Notes: generated by a model not told the origin, from the letters alone. Positions 8,742 to 19,744 are shown, numbered from the stretch's first letter. The stretch is 64,000 bases of DNA from Methanobacteriota archaeon (GCA_020696385.1 JAEHCQ010000005.1:104311-168310), one strand, 5' to 3'. Made by a program: numbers and translations.

Positions 8742-10808
8742 ATGGGAATTGGGAACCCGGAATCGACAGAGTTATCTCTGTTCGTGAGAACCTCTGATGA
8801 GGACATCAAAGGATGGGATAAAGCAAAGATCCATGATGCCCTCATAAAGGAAACTAGTATCAGTGAGGATGCGGCGTCCATTGTGGCAAGAGAGGTCGAG
8901 AAGCTTATTATCAATCTAGAACTGGATTATATCACAGCTCCCTTAATAAGAGAGTTGACCAATGCAAAATTGGTAGAGTATGGTCTAGCACAGATAAGAA
9001 AGCAACATACGAGACTCGGCGTCCCATTGTATGATGCAAGGCAGATCATCATAAGCCCGAACAAGGAAAATGCCAATGTCCCACATGGTCCAGAGGCAAC
9101 GAACCTCACCCTCGCAGAGAACATAAAGAAGGAATTCGCTCTGATAGAAATATTCGAACCATCTATCGCAGATGCTCACATGAAGGGTGAGATACACCTT
9201 CATGATCTGGGCATGATAGACAGGCCATATTGTAGTGGCCAGTCCATCGAATATGTGAAGAAGTTCGGATTGAATCTACCGGGAGCAATGTCCATAGCGA
9301 AGCCAGCCAAACATCCGGATGTTCTAATAGAACACGTTGTGAAGTTCTCGGCCGCTCTGCAGGGGCATTTCGCCGGAGCTATCGGATGGGATGCCTTCAA
9401 CCTCTTCCTGGCACCTTACCTGGAAAATGTAGATGATGTGAAAATGAAACAGCTTGCACAGATACTGGTGTACGAGTTCGCACAGCAAGCTGTCGCAAGG
9501 GGCGGTCAATCGATATTCAGTGATCTGAACCTCTATTGGGAAGTTCCCAAGCACTTTGAGAATGTGGAGGCAATAGGCCCAGGCGGAGTTAACCTGGGTC
9601 ATTCCTATGCCGAATACCTTCCCGAAGCGCAGAGGTTCGTAGATGCGCTGTTCGATGTCTATCTGGAAGGAGATGCCATGGGTCGCCCCTTCTTTTTCCC
9701 CAAGCCCAATGTGCACATGACGGAGAAATTCTTCAATAGTGATGGCCATGAAGAATTCCTGAACAAGATATGCACCGTGGCTTCCGAGAAGGGAAATACC
9801 TATTTCGTTTTCGACAGAGGGGACACAGCGAAGATCAGCGAGTGCTGCCGCCTGACATTCAAACTGGAGCAGGGAGATCTGGAAGATGCAAAGACACCCT
9901 GGAAGATGAGATACTCCGCTATTCAGAATGTGACGATCAACCTTCCGAGGATAGCCTATGAGGCGAATATGGACGATGCAAGGCTCTTCGAGCTCATTAC
10001 GGAGAGGATCGAGCTCGTTGCCAATGCTCATGTGAGGAAAAAAGATTTCATCGTAAAACTCCTGGGAATGGGCAAATACGGTCCGCTATCATTATTGGCG
10101 ATGGAATTGGACGGGGAACCATATTACAGAATGCACAGAGCCACCTTCCTGGTTGGAATGCTGGGTCTGAACGAGATGGTGCAGTTCCATACTGGTGATC
10201 AGATGCATGAGAACAAGGATGCGCTGATGTTCGGCCTGAAGATAATCGCTTACATGAACAAGGAGGCCGAAAGAATTGGGGAAAAATACGGCATAAAGAT
10301 GCCACTGGAGCAAACCCCGGCAGAATCAACCGCCTACAGGATGGCAAAATTGGACATGAAATACTACCCACTCCAGGCACCCACCACGATAAGAGGTGAC
10401 AAGAGCACTGGGGAGATATACTACACAAATTCCACTTACATGAATGTGGGAATTGAGCAGAATCCAATTGATAAGGTGAAGAAAGAGGGATTATTCCACC
10501 CCCTGATAGAAGCAGGAGCACTTACCCATGTCTGGCTGGGAGAAAGTAAACCCAATCCGGACAGTCTTGCCAATTTTGTGAAGAAGACGATGTGGAATAC
10601 CCAGAACACGCAGATAGCCTTCAGTCCAGAGTTCACATCATGTCTGGATTGCGGGAGGACCATGAGAGGGCTGAGTGAGGCGTGTCCCAAATGCTCTTCA
10701 TTGAATGTGGAAGGCATAACGAGGGTGACAGGCTTTTTCTCCAAAGTGGGATCATGGAACAAGGGCAAGACCGGGGAGCTGAACGATAGGTTCAAAGCAG
10801 ATATTTAG
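8742..10808 (+). CDS. nrdD: Anaerobic (class III) ribonucleoside-triphosphate reductase with ATP cone
   Basis: ATP cone WDKAKIHDAL, HMKGEIHLHDL, PYC, SECCRL, TPAESTAYR, YYTNS, CxxC...CxxC Zn site, glycyl motif RVTGFF; aggagg just before the ATG. Confidence 0.95.
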   Translation: MGIGNPESTELSLFVRTSDEDIKGWDKAKIHDALIKETSISEDAASIVAREVEKLIINLELDYITAPLIRELTNAKLVEYGLAQIRKQHTRLGVPLYDARQIIISPNKENANVPHGPEATNLTLAENIKKEFALIEIFEPSIADAHMKGEIHLHDLGMIDRPYCSGQSIEYVKKFGLNLPGAMSIAKPAKHPDVLIEHVVKFSAALQGHFAGAIGWDAFNLFLAPYLENVDDVKMKQLAQILVYEFAQQAVARGGQSIFSDLNLYWEVPKHFENVEAIGPGGVNLGHSYAEYLPEAQRFVDALFDVYLEGDAMGRPFFFPKPNVHMTEKFFNSDGHEEFLNKICTVASEKGNTYFVFDRGDTAKISECCRLTFKLEQGDLEDAKTPWKMRYSAIQNVTINLPRIAYEANMDDARLFELITERIELVANAHVRKKDFIVKLLGMGKYGPLSLLAMELDGEPYYRMHRATFLVGMLGLNEMVQFHTGDQMHENKDALMFGLKIIAYMNKEAERIGEKYGIKMPLEQTPAESTAYRMAKLDMKYYPLQAPTTIRGDKSTGEIYYTNSTYMNVGIEQNPIDKVKKEGLFHPLIEAGALTHVWLGESKPNPDSLANFVKKTMWNTQNTQIAFSPEFTSCLDCGRTMRGLSEACPKCSSLNVEGITRVTGFFSKVGSWNKGKTGELNDRFKADI

Positions 10809-10841
10809 TGATCACTAATCATATATCACGATTAACTCCCC

Positions 10842-10894
10842 CTTTTTTTTTGTAAACTGAGAGCGCGGGCTCGCGCTCTCGTTTACAAAAAAAG
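10842..10894. terminator. Long inverted repeat / bidirectional terminator-like hairpin
   Basis: tttttttgtaaac-t-gagagcgcg ggct cgcgctctc-gtttacaaaaaaa; ~22 bp stem with a single bulge downstream of nrdD. Confidence 0.65.
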
Positions 10895-10947
10895 TAAGAT
10901 TGAATATCCTTGGCAGCTTACGGCCAAGGGCAGGGCATCAACCCCAA

Positions 10948-10986
10948 TTAAATTGATTTGCATTGAAGCAGAGCATCGCCGATCCC
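10948..10986 (+). repeat. 39-bp direct repeat, copy 1
   Basis: ttaaattgatttgcattgaagcagagcatcgccgatccc, identical to 11413-11451. Confidence 0.9.
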
Positions 10987-10995
10987 AAAGACAGT

Positions 10996-11370
10996 CTAAT
11001 CAAACCCCTTTGCAAAGAATATCACAAATGATATCATGCCCATTATCATGCTTGGCCATATCAAGGTAACCATCAAGAATAATGAGCCTATCAAAGCGAC
11101 ATCATACCTGTCCTTCTTATATGCAATAAATGCAAATGACAATGCCAGTAAACTAAATATCACTGAAATAAAAGCACATGGTTGATTGGTCTCAAAAAAA
11201 CCACCGCCTATCATTCCCATACCTGCATCATTATCCTCCTGAATTGGATCATGATATAATATTGAATATGTGAGAGAGAATAATGAGCCAATGATAAGAA
11301 GTGCAAGCCCTAATTTGATAATAGGATTGAACTTATCTATTCGTTTAGATAATGATTTTTTATTCTGCAT
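10996..11370 (-). CDS. Small AT-rich membrane protein
   Basis: 124 aa with 3-4 hydrophobic segments; lies between the 39-bp direct repeats. Confidence 0.6.
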   Translation of the reverse strand: MQNKKSLSKRIDKFNPIIKLGLALLIIGSLFSLTYSILYHDPIQEDNDAGMGMIGGGFFETNQPCAFISVIFSLLALSFAFIAYKKDRYDVALIGSLFLMVTLIWPSMIMGMISFVIFFAKGFD

Positions 11371-11412
11371 CGATTACAAATCCCCACGGCTCTAGTAAAT
11401 AGCAATCCCAAG

Positions 11413-11451
11413 TTAAATTGATTTGCATTGAAGCAGAGCATCGCCGATCCC
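11413..11451 (+). repeat. 39-bp direct repeat, copy 2, running into a hairpin
   Basis: Identical to 10948-10986; its 3' end is one arm of ccgatcccg-aattaaa-cgggatcgg (11444-11468). Confidence 0.9.
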
Positions 11452-11487
11452 GAATTAAACGGGATCGGTTGGCTAGACGTCTGGACA

Positions 11488-11715
11488 CTACTTAATAGTC
11501 GCGAACTGAAGTAGAACATTCATTCCCTTCAGTTTCTTCTGGACCTTGTCCACGAAATCAATGACCTGGGTAGGAACGATGTCCTTTCCCTTCCAATCAT
11601 ATACGAAATCATGGCTTCCAAGTGTTGTATTGAAACCAAGGTCGATCAGAGTATTCGTGACTTCTGAAGCAAGACCGCCATCGCTGTTCAAGGTAACTGT
11701 AACATATGTTTTCAT
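11488..11715 (-). CDS. Small hypothetical protein, 75 aa
   Basis: ggagg ribosome-binding site upstream; alternating beta/alpha pattern; co-oriented with the aglB operon. Confidence 0.7.
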   Translation of the reverse strand: MKTYVTVTLNSDGGLASEVTNTLIDLGFNTTLGSHDFVYDWKGKDIVPTQVIDFVDKVQKKLKGMNVLLQFATIK

Positions 11716-11735
11716 TTTTGATCCTCCTTATTACT

Positions 11736-12533
11736 TTACTTCCTCTTCTTTCCAGATGATGATTTCTTTCCAGACATCTTACCATTGATGATCACCATTC
11801 CGAAAAATAGCGCAGTTATGCCTAATATGATGTATAGCGTGGCTGACATATTGCTGCCTTCGACATAGAACTTGTCGTTTATCTCGATGTCACCCATGCC
11901 GGGGTCTGTTATGCCATCATCATTGACATCCACCAATACAGTGGATGTATGCCATCCATCTGCGATCTCCTCAGATACCCATTGGGAGCTCATCTTTGTG
12001 GAACCTCCGGCTGGCAGGTAGGCCAATGTATCAGTTGATATCAGATCATCATCAACATAGAACTCGACAGTTGCATTTCTTATATCCACATCTCCGGAAT
12101 TGAAGATCTCGGCAGATATGACTATTGGCTCAATGACCTTTATCTCGAATTCCCTGACATACCATAGTGCGCCAGATGGAGATGTTACATTGATTATCAT
12201 GACCATATCGCCAATATTTGACATGGCTCCTATGTTCGCACTGAATGTGTCATTTCCGGAAGTCAGATTACCTGCGATCGGTTCGATCTCCAGTGGTGAA
12301 GCTCCTGTTATGTTATCTGCATCGATATGGACACTGTATGCCCAGTTACGATCCTGTGGGTCCATCAGAGTGATCTCGTAGTTGGATGTACTATCCTGTG
12401 CCAGAATATCAGAACCTCTAACATGTATCCTTATATCATCCACATTTCCTTCAGCAGATACCACGGATCCCAGAAGGACCATGCTGATGAAGGTGAATGC
12501 GACGATCAAATGGACATACTTACCGCCGATCAT
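11736..12533 (-). CDS. Secreted CARDB/Ig-like domain protein with C-terminal membrane anchor
   Basis: Signal peptide, ISAEIFNSGDVD..NATVEFYVDD CARDB pattern, TM plus basic tail; ATGA overlap with the aglB stop. Confidence 0.75.
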   Translation of the reverse strand: MIGGKYVHLIVAFTFISMVLLGSVVSAEGNVDDIRIHVRGSDILAQDSTSNYEITLMDPQDRNWAYSVHIDADNITGASPLEIEPIAGNLTSGNDTFSANIGAMSNIGDMVMIINVTSPSGALWYVREFEIKVIEPIVISAEIFNSGDVDIRNATVEFYVDDDLISTDTLAYLPAGGSTKMSSQWVSEEIADGWHTSTVLVDVNDDGITDPGMGDIEINDKFYVEGSNMSATLYIILGITALFFGMVIINGKMSGKKSSSGKKRK

Positions 12534-15500
12534 CTTAACCACCTCTTCTTCTTCATAACATAGAACATTAATAGACCAAAGGAGACCGCGATGATAGTGA
12601 TCACCCCTCCGACTATTGGATCCTCTGTTGATGTGTCATATACGGAATCACCAGATATTGTGATGTTCCCATCATCCATGGATATCACAGGGTATGATAC
12701 AGACAAACTCTCTGAGTCAAATACGGAAGTATCCTTCAGGGAATTGGTTCCGATCACAAGAGAAACAGTCCTGAATGGATTATCGCTTATCTGTTCCAGA
12801 ATAACTGGTATGGTAGCCTTGCCCAGAGCAGGTATCGATACATTGAATACCTCGGTTCTATCATCAGACAGGTCACCTATTGTGTTTCCGAATGTGACAT
12901 TCCAACCATTGGTCCTCAATTCCTCTAAGTTGACGATATAAGCTGTCACATCATCATTATCATTACCAATATTGCTGATATCGACATTCCATTTCAATGA
13001 TCTACCGTCCATGGTAAGAGGTGTGGATGAATATCCAACTTCCAATCCATATGTCTGCTTGATAGAGACATCCAGATTAGTAGTCCTCTGAAGTCCCGGG
13101 CTCTTGGATGAAGCGACCGTGACAATGACCGGATCATGATTGACCAGGGAATCTTCTGTCACTGTGAACTTCGCGGTGAATGTGTACTTGTCACCAAAGT
13201 CGATCTCCACCCTTGGCTCTGATACTGAAGGAGACCAATCAGATCCGCCTCCATTTATCAACAGGTCATAGGTATCTGGAGCATTGCCAAGATTCTCCAC
13301 TGTGATCTCATATTCAACAACTGTTGTTGGAGATACAACTCCAGTGAACAATGGTTTTGAAGATATTGAAAGGTCAAAGACCTCCACCTTTTCCATAGGC
13401 AAGTTCCTTCGTAGATCATCCACAAGCTCGACCTGTGTATCAAGAGCGTATAAAACATCGATGTCGTTCTCGACATTGGTGAGCTCGCCTATCACATCAT
13501 AAGTCCCCTCGGGGAGCCAGATATTATAGTGACCATCAGCCTCTGTCGTGATGTTTATGCTACCATATTCACTATGGAAGTCAAGCATTGTCGCCTTGTT
13601 CTGATTAAGGTTGAAATAAACCTCACCAGAAAGACCATATCCCTCTTCCAATGATATATTCAATATTATCGTATCATATACACCAAAGTTGACGGAATCC
13701 ATGTATGCGTCATTTGTCTCGGAATTGTGAACATATACAACATATGAACCTGGAAGGACCAATGTTTCATAATGTCCATTGGCATCAGAGGTCACATGAT
13801 ATGTGTTATCCTCAGATCTAAAGGTAATATCAGTGCCGACATTGCTAGTAGCATCATCAACAAGTGTGATATTTCCTGAAAGATCAATGAAGAATTCCTC
13901 TCTTTGTAAGGTCAGATCCTTTTCAGCCATTGTACCAGCCATTGTGGAGACAGTGACATTACTGGTACTGTCATCCGCATTGAGGTAATATTCGTAAGCT
14001 GTTGTACCTGCTTCCTCCTGATAGCTTATGAATCCAATGTCGACCCTGTAATTCTTTCCACTAACAAGATATACGGAATATTGCGAATTCTCATCAGTCA
14101 TAGTAAAGATAGGATCATCATTTGACAGATCTGTGAACATTACTTCATGCCCTTCGAAGGTATCAGTTCCATAAGAGACCAGACCAGACAATTCAAATGC
14201 TGGTTTTAGCGATATGGGTAATTCAGACATGGCAGATATATTGAACACGTCACATTCCATGTATATGTCCTCTCCATCCGCATAGTGTGCCTGTATGATG
14301 TAATCACCAGGTACAAGGTATAGATCCATGCCCCCTACGTCAATATCTGCCCCCATGAACTCGGGACCTGTGAAAGAAATGTTTCCTGCGATCGAAGCAC
14401 CTTCGATCAGAAGCTCAGTATTGAATTTGACCCTTTCCTTGACGGTCAAGTTCATCTTGATGCTTGAGCCTGTGTTCAGGCCGGTGTACATGACGAATTC
14501 ATCATCGATCTGCAAGATCACGGTGTCATTGTCCTGCGTGATATTCTTCTCTATATTGACCGCGTACACGCCCGGAACAAGCTTGGCTGTGAATGTTCCA
14601 TCAGTCTCCATCTGAACAGTAGTATCAATTCCACCATCTGCAACAGCAGAAGTGAATTGGATCATGGCATTCTCACCAAGAAGCAATTCATCATCCTGGT
14701 AAATCACACCATCTACAGATACCATTTCAGGAACCATCTCTTCGATGAATGAAGCTGCCACCATCTGTGTGTGGGACATGCGTCCAAGATCTATTGAATG
14801 ATATCCGGTTTTGACTGCTTCGATCGTGTAATAAACATTGGTATAAAGTGATCTATTGGATATACCCAAAGAGTCAGTGACAGAAGTTATCACCTGGCCA
14901 TTGTCCAGTTTGTAATATATGACAACACCCTCAAGACCTTCTCCTTCCTGAGCGAAGCCATCGCCATCTATGTCTCTGTATATGACCATCGTATTCTCAA
15001 AGGCCTCTGCCAGAGATATTGGAAGATCATCATTGTTTGAATTAAAGGTCTGGCGAGATGCATACACAAATTCGCTAGAGTCATAGACCGCTGAAGAATA
15101 TACATCATATATTCCGGGTGGTACATTTATGCTGAAGGTTCCCTCATCATTGCTGATAGCGGTGAGGAGGAAATCATCATCCACGGACTTGATGTATACG
15201 GCCTGATTGATACCTGGCTGGTCTACATCTGTTCGTGAGACCTCTCCTTTGACCTTCACACCATCTACCAATTCGATGTCCAAGGCCATATTATTGAATA
15301 GCTCCATTCGTGAAGAGTATACATATTCCTTATCTCCGACAGGATAGCTGCAGTAAAGCATACTGACACCCACGCCGAGATTAGCATCGAAGTATCCATC
15401 ATCATCTGTCACCAGAAGAACATCATACTGATCACCGCCACCGAAGGTCACCCTTAGATTGGCCTGAGAAGCTGCTTTGCCACCAGGAAGTGATATTGTT

Positions 15501-18500
15501 CCCTGTAGTATTATTGAATCTTCCAGGGTCAAAGTTATTGTATTGTTCTCAAGGTACTTGATCTCTGTTGAGGTCAATTGACTTGCCTGGCCTTCGTATG
15601 TGGCCTGGATAAGATAATCACCATACAGAAGATTGTCGAACTCAAAGGATCCATTATCACCAGATATTGTGAATTTGGATTCTTCATTTCTAATCCATAT
15701 CTCAACTTCAGCTCCGATGACAGGCTCACCCTCTGGTGTATTGACTGTACCGGCCAAAGGCGTTGGCTCAAGTCCCCATTTACCCTCATTAGGTCCAGAA
15801 ACATAGGCCTGGCTAAGAGTTGTGATAGGCCTTCCTGCATATGATATTTCAATAGAAGCTGACCCAGGTACGAAATTATCGACCATGAGTCTTCCGTACT
15901 CATCTGTGGTTCCAGTGATACTCATCTCAAGATCATTGCTTGTTATAGTAACCTCTGCGCCCACCATAGCCTCATCATCCGCGGCTATGAAGGAGCCATC
16001 ATCGTTATTATCCCAGTAGACCATTCCATCAATGGAGGCACTTGGTATGACAACATCATGATTGATCAGATAGTCATATACGCCATCTCCATTCTTATCT
16101 ACTTTCTCTCTCATGGCCTGGTAATCCTCAATAAACATCTTTGTGGAGTTCAATTCAGAGCCGATGAGCGTCAATGGATTGAGCTCTCCATATGATACTG
16201 TGACCTTGATATCATCATATGGTACGATAAGTGAGTATTTGCCGTCCACATCAGTGGTCACCGTGTGATGAGGTATGTCGAAGTTATCATGGACTGTTAC
16301 ATGAGCGCCTTCAACAGGAGTTCCATCATCCAGGGTGACTGTACCACTGACTATGGCTCCATCGTAGTATTTCAAGATCATAACACCCTGATACATGCTG
16401 GATCTATCGCTTAGATCAGATATTCCATTTCCAGACAGCTGTTTTTCATAGGCATCCCAGAATTCAGTTGCCTCCCAGGCATCTGTGTGGTTCTGTATCT
16501 CACTCATACTGTATGGGTTCCAATAAGCAGTTCTGTGCTCCAGTTTGAAATGAGTCATGTTCCAAGCAGGCATGATAGGTGTTTCGGTCATGCTTGGGCT
16601 GACAGCAGGTATTCCACCATCTTCATTGGTCATTCCAACGTCTTCACCACTGTATCCTACAAAGGCCTTGTAAAGCATTGAATTGTAGAACATATCCTGG
16701 TATGCGATCTTGTATGGATTGGTTGGATCCAGGTTAACATCAGGTGGTACATCGCTGAGATCATATTCACCGCCGAATTCTCCAACTGCCTTTATCTGCC
16801 AGAAATCATATGGCTGATTACCTTCATCGCCACCTGTTATTCTGTGATCTGAAAGTTTTGCAGGCGCGTAGAAGATACCTGTGTTCTGTGCACTGAATGG
16901 GAATAATCTACTGTCTATTGCGAAGTATCTTATTGAATCTCCAGTAAGATCAGTAATATCACTATATAGAGATACTATCTCATCCAAGTCAAGGTTCTGT
17001 GTGATCTCTCCCCTGATAGCAAGATATCTTGCATTTGCAGACTGTATCACATCATCCCTTGGACTGTAAACATCAGGATTGGCCCATATCATTTCTTTGT
17101 AATCATCAGGGTTATCCAGCATATCCGCGATCCTATTGGAATCCAGACCATATGAATCGAGAAGAGTTATCATCTCAGGGGTCATCTGGGAATTACGATC
17201 GGACAGATCACCAAATCGATCTGCCTCTATTAACCTCGTGATAAGAAGACCTATGGCATCTGCCTCGCCCTGAGCCATTATGAAATTACCCGCCAACTGA
17301 TGACCACCTAAGAAGTTATCAGCAACTGTAGGGTGCTTACCTTCATTCACAGCCTCGAAACCATAATCCCACCAGCTAAGGTATGCTGGCCTGTCCTCAG
17401 GTGGATATATATCCGCATCCTGAGTTGCCAACCAATCATATGCTGCCGGGTAATATTTACTGTTCAATGGCAAGGAATATCCAAAGGCTCCAAAGTACCA
17501 GTTAGTTCCATTGACCGCATCGTAGGATTCTGGCTGCAGGAACAATGGCATGGTCTCATACACTTGTTTATCATAATCCAATTTTGTCTCATATGGTATA
17601 CCAGCATCAATTCCGGTCCATACATTTGGTAGAATTATGAAGAAGGCGAGGAATAGAACCCCAGCCACAAATGATATCTTGCTTTTCCTGATTATGAGTA
17701 GTAGTACAATATCAATAAAGAGCATGGCGCCGAGAATGAAAGCATGTGTTGCGGTTGTCAATTCCCAGTTACCGATGACAAAGCCATACATGTAGACCAG
17801 TGCCCCACATATTGGGACCAATAAGGCCAACAGATAGTATGTCCTGTTCGGGTTCAGCTCTGCAATTGTGTTCATAAGCAATACCGAGACAAGTCCAAGT
17901 ATTCCAACTACCAGAATAGCCATGGCAATTCCGATATTTGTGGAAAGACCGGCTACCACAGCCAACAATACCGCACCAGATATCAATAACCAGATCCTGA
18001 AGCTCTTGGGGATCGGGGCACTTACGAGACGCTTCTGCGTTTCAATGAACTCTCTGAAGTCAAGCTTCTCGATTATCAAAGCGGTTACCCATGCTGCTGT
18101 TACGGCAAACACAGGAGCTGCATTGAACATGAAACGAGCTGCGTTTATGGCCATGTAAATAGATGTCGCGGTCCATACCAGCATGAAGATATAATCGAAC
18201 TTCATGCGCTTTGGCAACTGATACGCTGCCCATGCAACACCAATAAAGGAAAGCCAGAAGGTCATAAGACCGAAAGAAAGTGCAAGGTTACTGAATGGTG
18301 GTGCTTGCGCCTCTGCAATGGTCTCATACTGCTTGTTCCTTACAAAGTATCCAGCTCCACTTGCTACCGCATTCATTATGGTATCATATGTTTCGGGTAT
18401 TGCCAGTTTCATGACGAATACTGTAATTATTGCAAGAACCAAAGAACCTGCTATGACCAATAGCCATGGAAGCTTCCTGGTGACCACCAATACCGCTCCT

Positions 18501-19744
18501 ATGGCCACAGCGGCCAGGAGTATGTATGTGGGAGTATCGAACCAGCTAGCTATCTGCAGTGATTGATAATAATACGGATATACTAACAGAAGTGCCAGAC
18601 CGACCGATATGAAATAGATCATGAGAACACCGAGAGAATCGACATTCCTCAGCCTGTCCATAAGCAACTGGATCAGAAGGTATACAGTCAATATAACAAT
18701 GACATAAGCATAACCTTTCCAGGTCAATGCAACGGCTGCCAGTGAAATAGCTGCCAGCATTGCGAATAGTATGGAATTTTTATTACTACGTATGAGATCT
18801 GGAACTCCGTCCCTGATCTGGTCCATTTTCATCCAGTCTTTGACCCATGTCTTCTCCTTCAGACCCTTCAAGGATTTCAAGAAGAAATAGAAGGTCAAAA
18901 CAATGAAGAATAGAGCGAATGCGTCGTGATCAGCGTTAGTAAGGACACTACGTTGAATATGACCAGGCATGATAGCCAGCAGGAAGGCGGCGATATAACC
19001 GGTCTTCTTGCCAAATACCTCACTGGCCAATAGATATGTAGGTACGATGGTCAAGGCACCCCAGAAAGCAGTTGAGAATATGAAGACATACCAGGTAGCT
19101 TCATAGTTATCTCCTCCAAAGAAAGGAGTTAGAGCTATGCCTCCGAGATAGACAGACCAGTCATAGAGCGGAGGACGTGGGTTCCTTGTGCCTACGGGAT
19201 AATTAAGCATATCATCCCAAAACCAAAGATCACCGGTTTCCTGAGCATTGGTGATCACAAAGTGGTGGTAATAGGAATCAGACCCACCAGATAGCAGAAA
19301 GCCATCTTCTGTGGCTGGTTCTAAACCAAAATATGCTCTCATGAACATTCCCAAAGAGAATATCACCATCAATAGCATTATCGTTTTCCAGTTCTTATCG
19401 AACCAGGAGCCCTGCCACTTGAGATTTAGGTTCATTGGCTTCTTCGCGGTCTCCTTTGCTGGTTTGGAATGCCCTTCGTCATAGTGCTTGGTCTTGAGCT
19501 TCTTCACTCCCCGTGGGAGATCTGGCTCTTCTGGCATTTCCTCGCCTGACTCGATCCCATTGTCATCCCCTGTGTTTGAAGCTGCCTTGTTCTTGAGCTT
19601 CTTCTTTTTCTTCAGGGATGGCTCTGGGCTGGATTCTTGAACCGTGGATTCAACAATAGTATCCTCGGTCTGCTCAGGTATCTCAACAACATCCGGCGCA
19701 TCAATAACGTCAGATGTATCCTCAATTTTCTTTTTAGTAGACAT
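12530..19744 (-). CDS. aglB: Oligosaccharyltransferase AglB/STT3 with a long C-terminal array of Ig/carboxypeptidase-regulatory-like repeats
   Basis: GSDSYYH, LNYPVG, NADHD, TIAE and catalytic WWDYG; multi-TM N-terminal half; repeated G.V...G.PV.GA.V.....TD..G.Y units; terminal TM. Confidence 0.9.
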   Translation of the reverse strand: MSTKKKIEDTSDVIDAPDVVEIPEQTEDTIVESTVQESSPEPSLKKKKKLKNKAASNTGDDNGIESGEEMPEEPDLPRGVKKLKTKHYDEGHSKPAKETAKKPMNLNLKWQGSWFDKNWKTIMLLMVIFSLGMFMRAYFGLEPATEDGFLLSGGSDSYYHHFVITNAQETGDLWFWDDMLNYPVGTRNPRPPLYDWSVYLGGIALTPFFGGDNYEATWYVFIFSTAFWGALTIVPTYLLASEVFGKKTGYIAAFLLAIMPGHIQRSVLTNADHDAFALFFIVLTFYFFLKSLKGLKEKTWVKDWMKMDQIRDGVPDLIRSNKNSILFAMLAAISLAAVALTWKGYAYVIVILTVYLLIQLLMDRLRNVDSLGVLMIYFISVGLALLLVYPYYYQSLQIASWFDTPTYILLAAVAIGAVLVVTRKLPWLLVIAGSLVLAIITVFVMKLAIPETYDTIMNAVASGAGYFVRNKQYETIAEAQAPPFSNLALSFGLMTFWLSFIGVAWAAYQLPKRMKFDYIFMLVWTATSIYMAINAARFMFNAAPVFAVTAAWVTALIIEKLDFREFIETQKRLVSAPIPKSFRIWLLISGAVLLAVVAGLSTNIGIAMAILVVGILGLVSVLLMNTIAELNPNRTYYLLALLVPICGALVYMYGFVIGNWELTTATHAFILGAMLFIDIVLLLIIRKSKISFVAGVLFLAFFIILPNVWTGIDAGIPYETKLDYDKQVYETMPLFLQPESYDAVNGTNWYFGAFGYSLPLNSKYYPAAYDWLATQDADIYPPEDRPAYLSWWDYGFEAVNEGKHPTVADNFLGGHQLAGNFIMAQGEADAIGLLITRLIEADRFGDLSDRNSQMTPEMITLLDSYGLDSNRIADMLDNPDDYKEMIWANPDVYSPRDDVIQSANARYLAIRGEITQNLDLDEIVSLYSDITDLTGDSIRYFAIDSRLFPFSAQNTGIFYAPAKLSDHRITGGDEGNQPYDFWQIKAVGEFGGEYDLSDVPPDVNLDPTNPYKIAYQDMFYNSMLYKAFVGYSGEDVGMTNEDGGIPAVSPSMTETPIMPAWNMTHFKLEHRTAYWNPYSMSEIQNHTDAWEATEFWDAYEKQLSGNGISDLSDRSSMYQGVMILKYYDGAIVSGTVTLDDGTPVEGAHVTVHDNFDIPHHTVTTDVDGKYSLIVPYDDIKVTVSYGELNPLTLIGSELNSTKMFIEDYQAMREKVDKNGDGVYDYLINHDVVIPSASIDGMVYWDNNDDGSFIAADDEAMVGAEVTITSNDLEMSITGTTDEYGRLMVDNFVPGSASIEISYAGRPITTLSQAYVSGPNEGKWGLEPTPLAGTVNTPEGEPVIGAEVEIWIRNEESKFTISGDNGSFEFDNLLYGDYLIQATYEGQASQLTSTEIKYLENNTITLTLEDSIILQGTISLPGGKAASQANLRVTFGGGDQYDVLLVTDDDGYFDANLGVGVSMLYCSYPVGDKEYVYSSRMELFNNMALDIELVDGVKVKGEVSRTDVDQPGINQAVYIKSVDDDFLLTAISNDEGTFSINVPPGIYDVYSSAVYDSSEFVYASRQTFNSNNDDLPISLAEAFENTMVIYRDIDGDGFAQEGEGLEGVVIYYKLDNGQVITSVTDSLGISNRSLYTNVYYTIEAVKTGYHSIDLGRMSHTQMVAASFIEEMVPEMVSVDGVIYQDDELLLGENAMIQFTSAVADGGIDTTVQMETDGTFTAKLVPGVYAVNIEKNITQDNDTVILQIDDEFVMYTGLNTGSSIKMNLTVKERVKFNTELLIEGASIAGNISFTGPEFMGADIDVGGMDLYLVPGDYIIQAHYADGEDIYMECDVFNISAMSELPISLKPAFELSGLVSYGTDTFEGHEVMFTDLSNDDPIFTMTDENSQYSVYLVSGKNYRVDIGFISYQEEAGTTAYEYYLNADDSTSNVTVSTMAGTMAEKDLTLQREEFFIDLSGNITLVDDATSNVGTDITFRSEDNTYHVTSDANGHYETLVLPGSYVVYVHNSETNDAYMDSVNFGVYDTIILNISLEEGYGLSGEVYFNLNQNKATMLDFHSEYGSINITTEADGHYNIWLPEGTYDVIGELTNVENDIDVLYALDTQVELVDDLRRNLPMEKVEVFDLSISSKPLFTGVVSPTTVVEYEITVENLGNAPDTYDLLINGGGSDWSPSVSEPRVEIDFGDKYTFTAKFTVTEDSLVNHDPVIVTVASSKSPGLQRTTNLDVSIKQTYGLEVGYSSTPLTMDGRSLKWNVDISNIGNDNDDVTAYIVNLEELRTNGWNVTFGNTIGDLSDDRTEVFNVSIPALGKATIPVILEQISDNPFRTVSLVIGTNSLKDTSVFDSESLSVSYPVISMDDGNITISGDSVYDTSTEDPIVGGVITIIAVSFGLLMFYVMKKKRWLR

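Noticed and set aside
10948-11451. 39-bp repeats as a CRISPR array
   Set aside because: Only two copies 465 nt apart with a gene between; no cas genes
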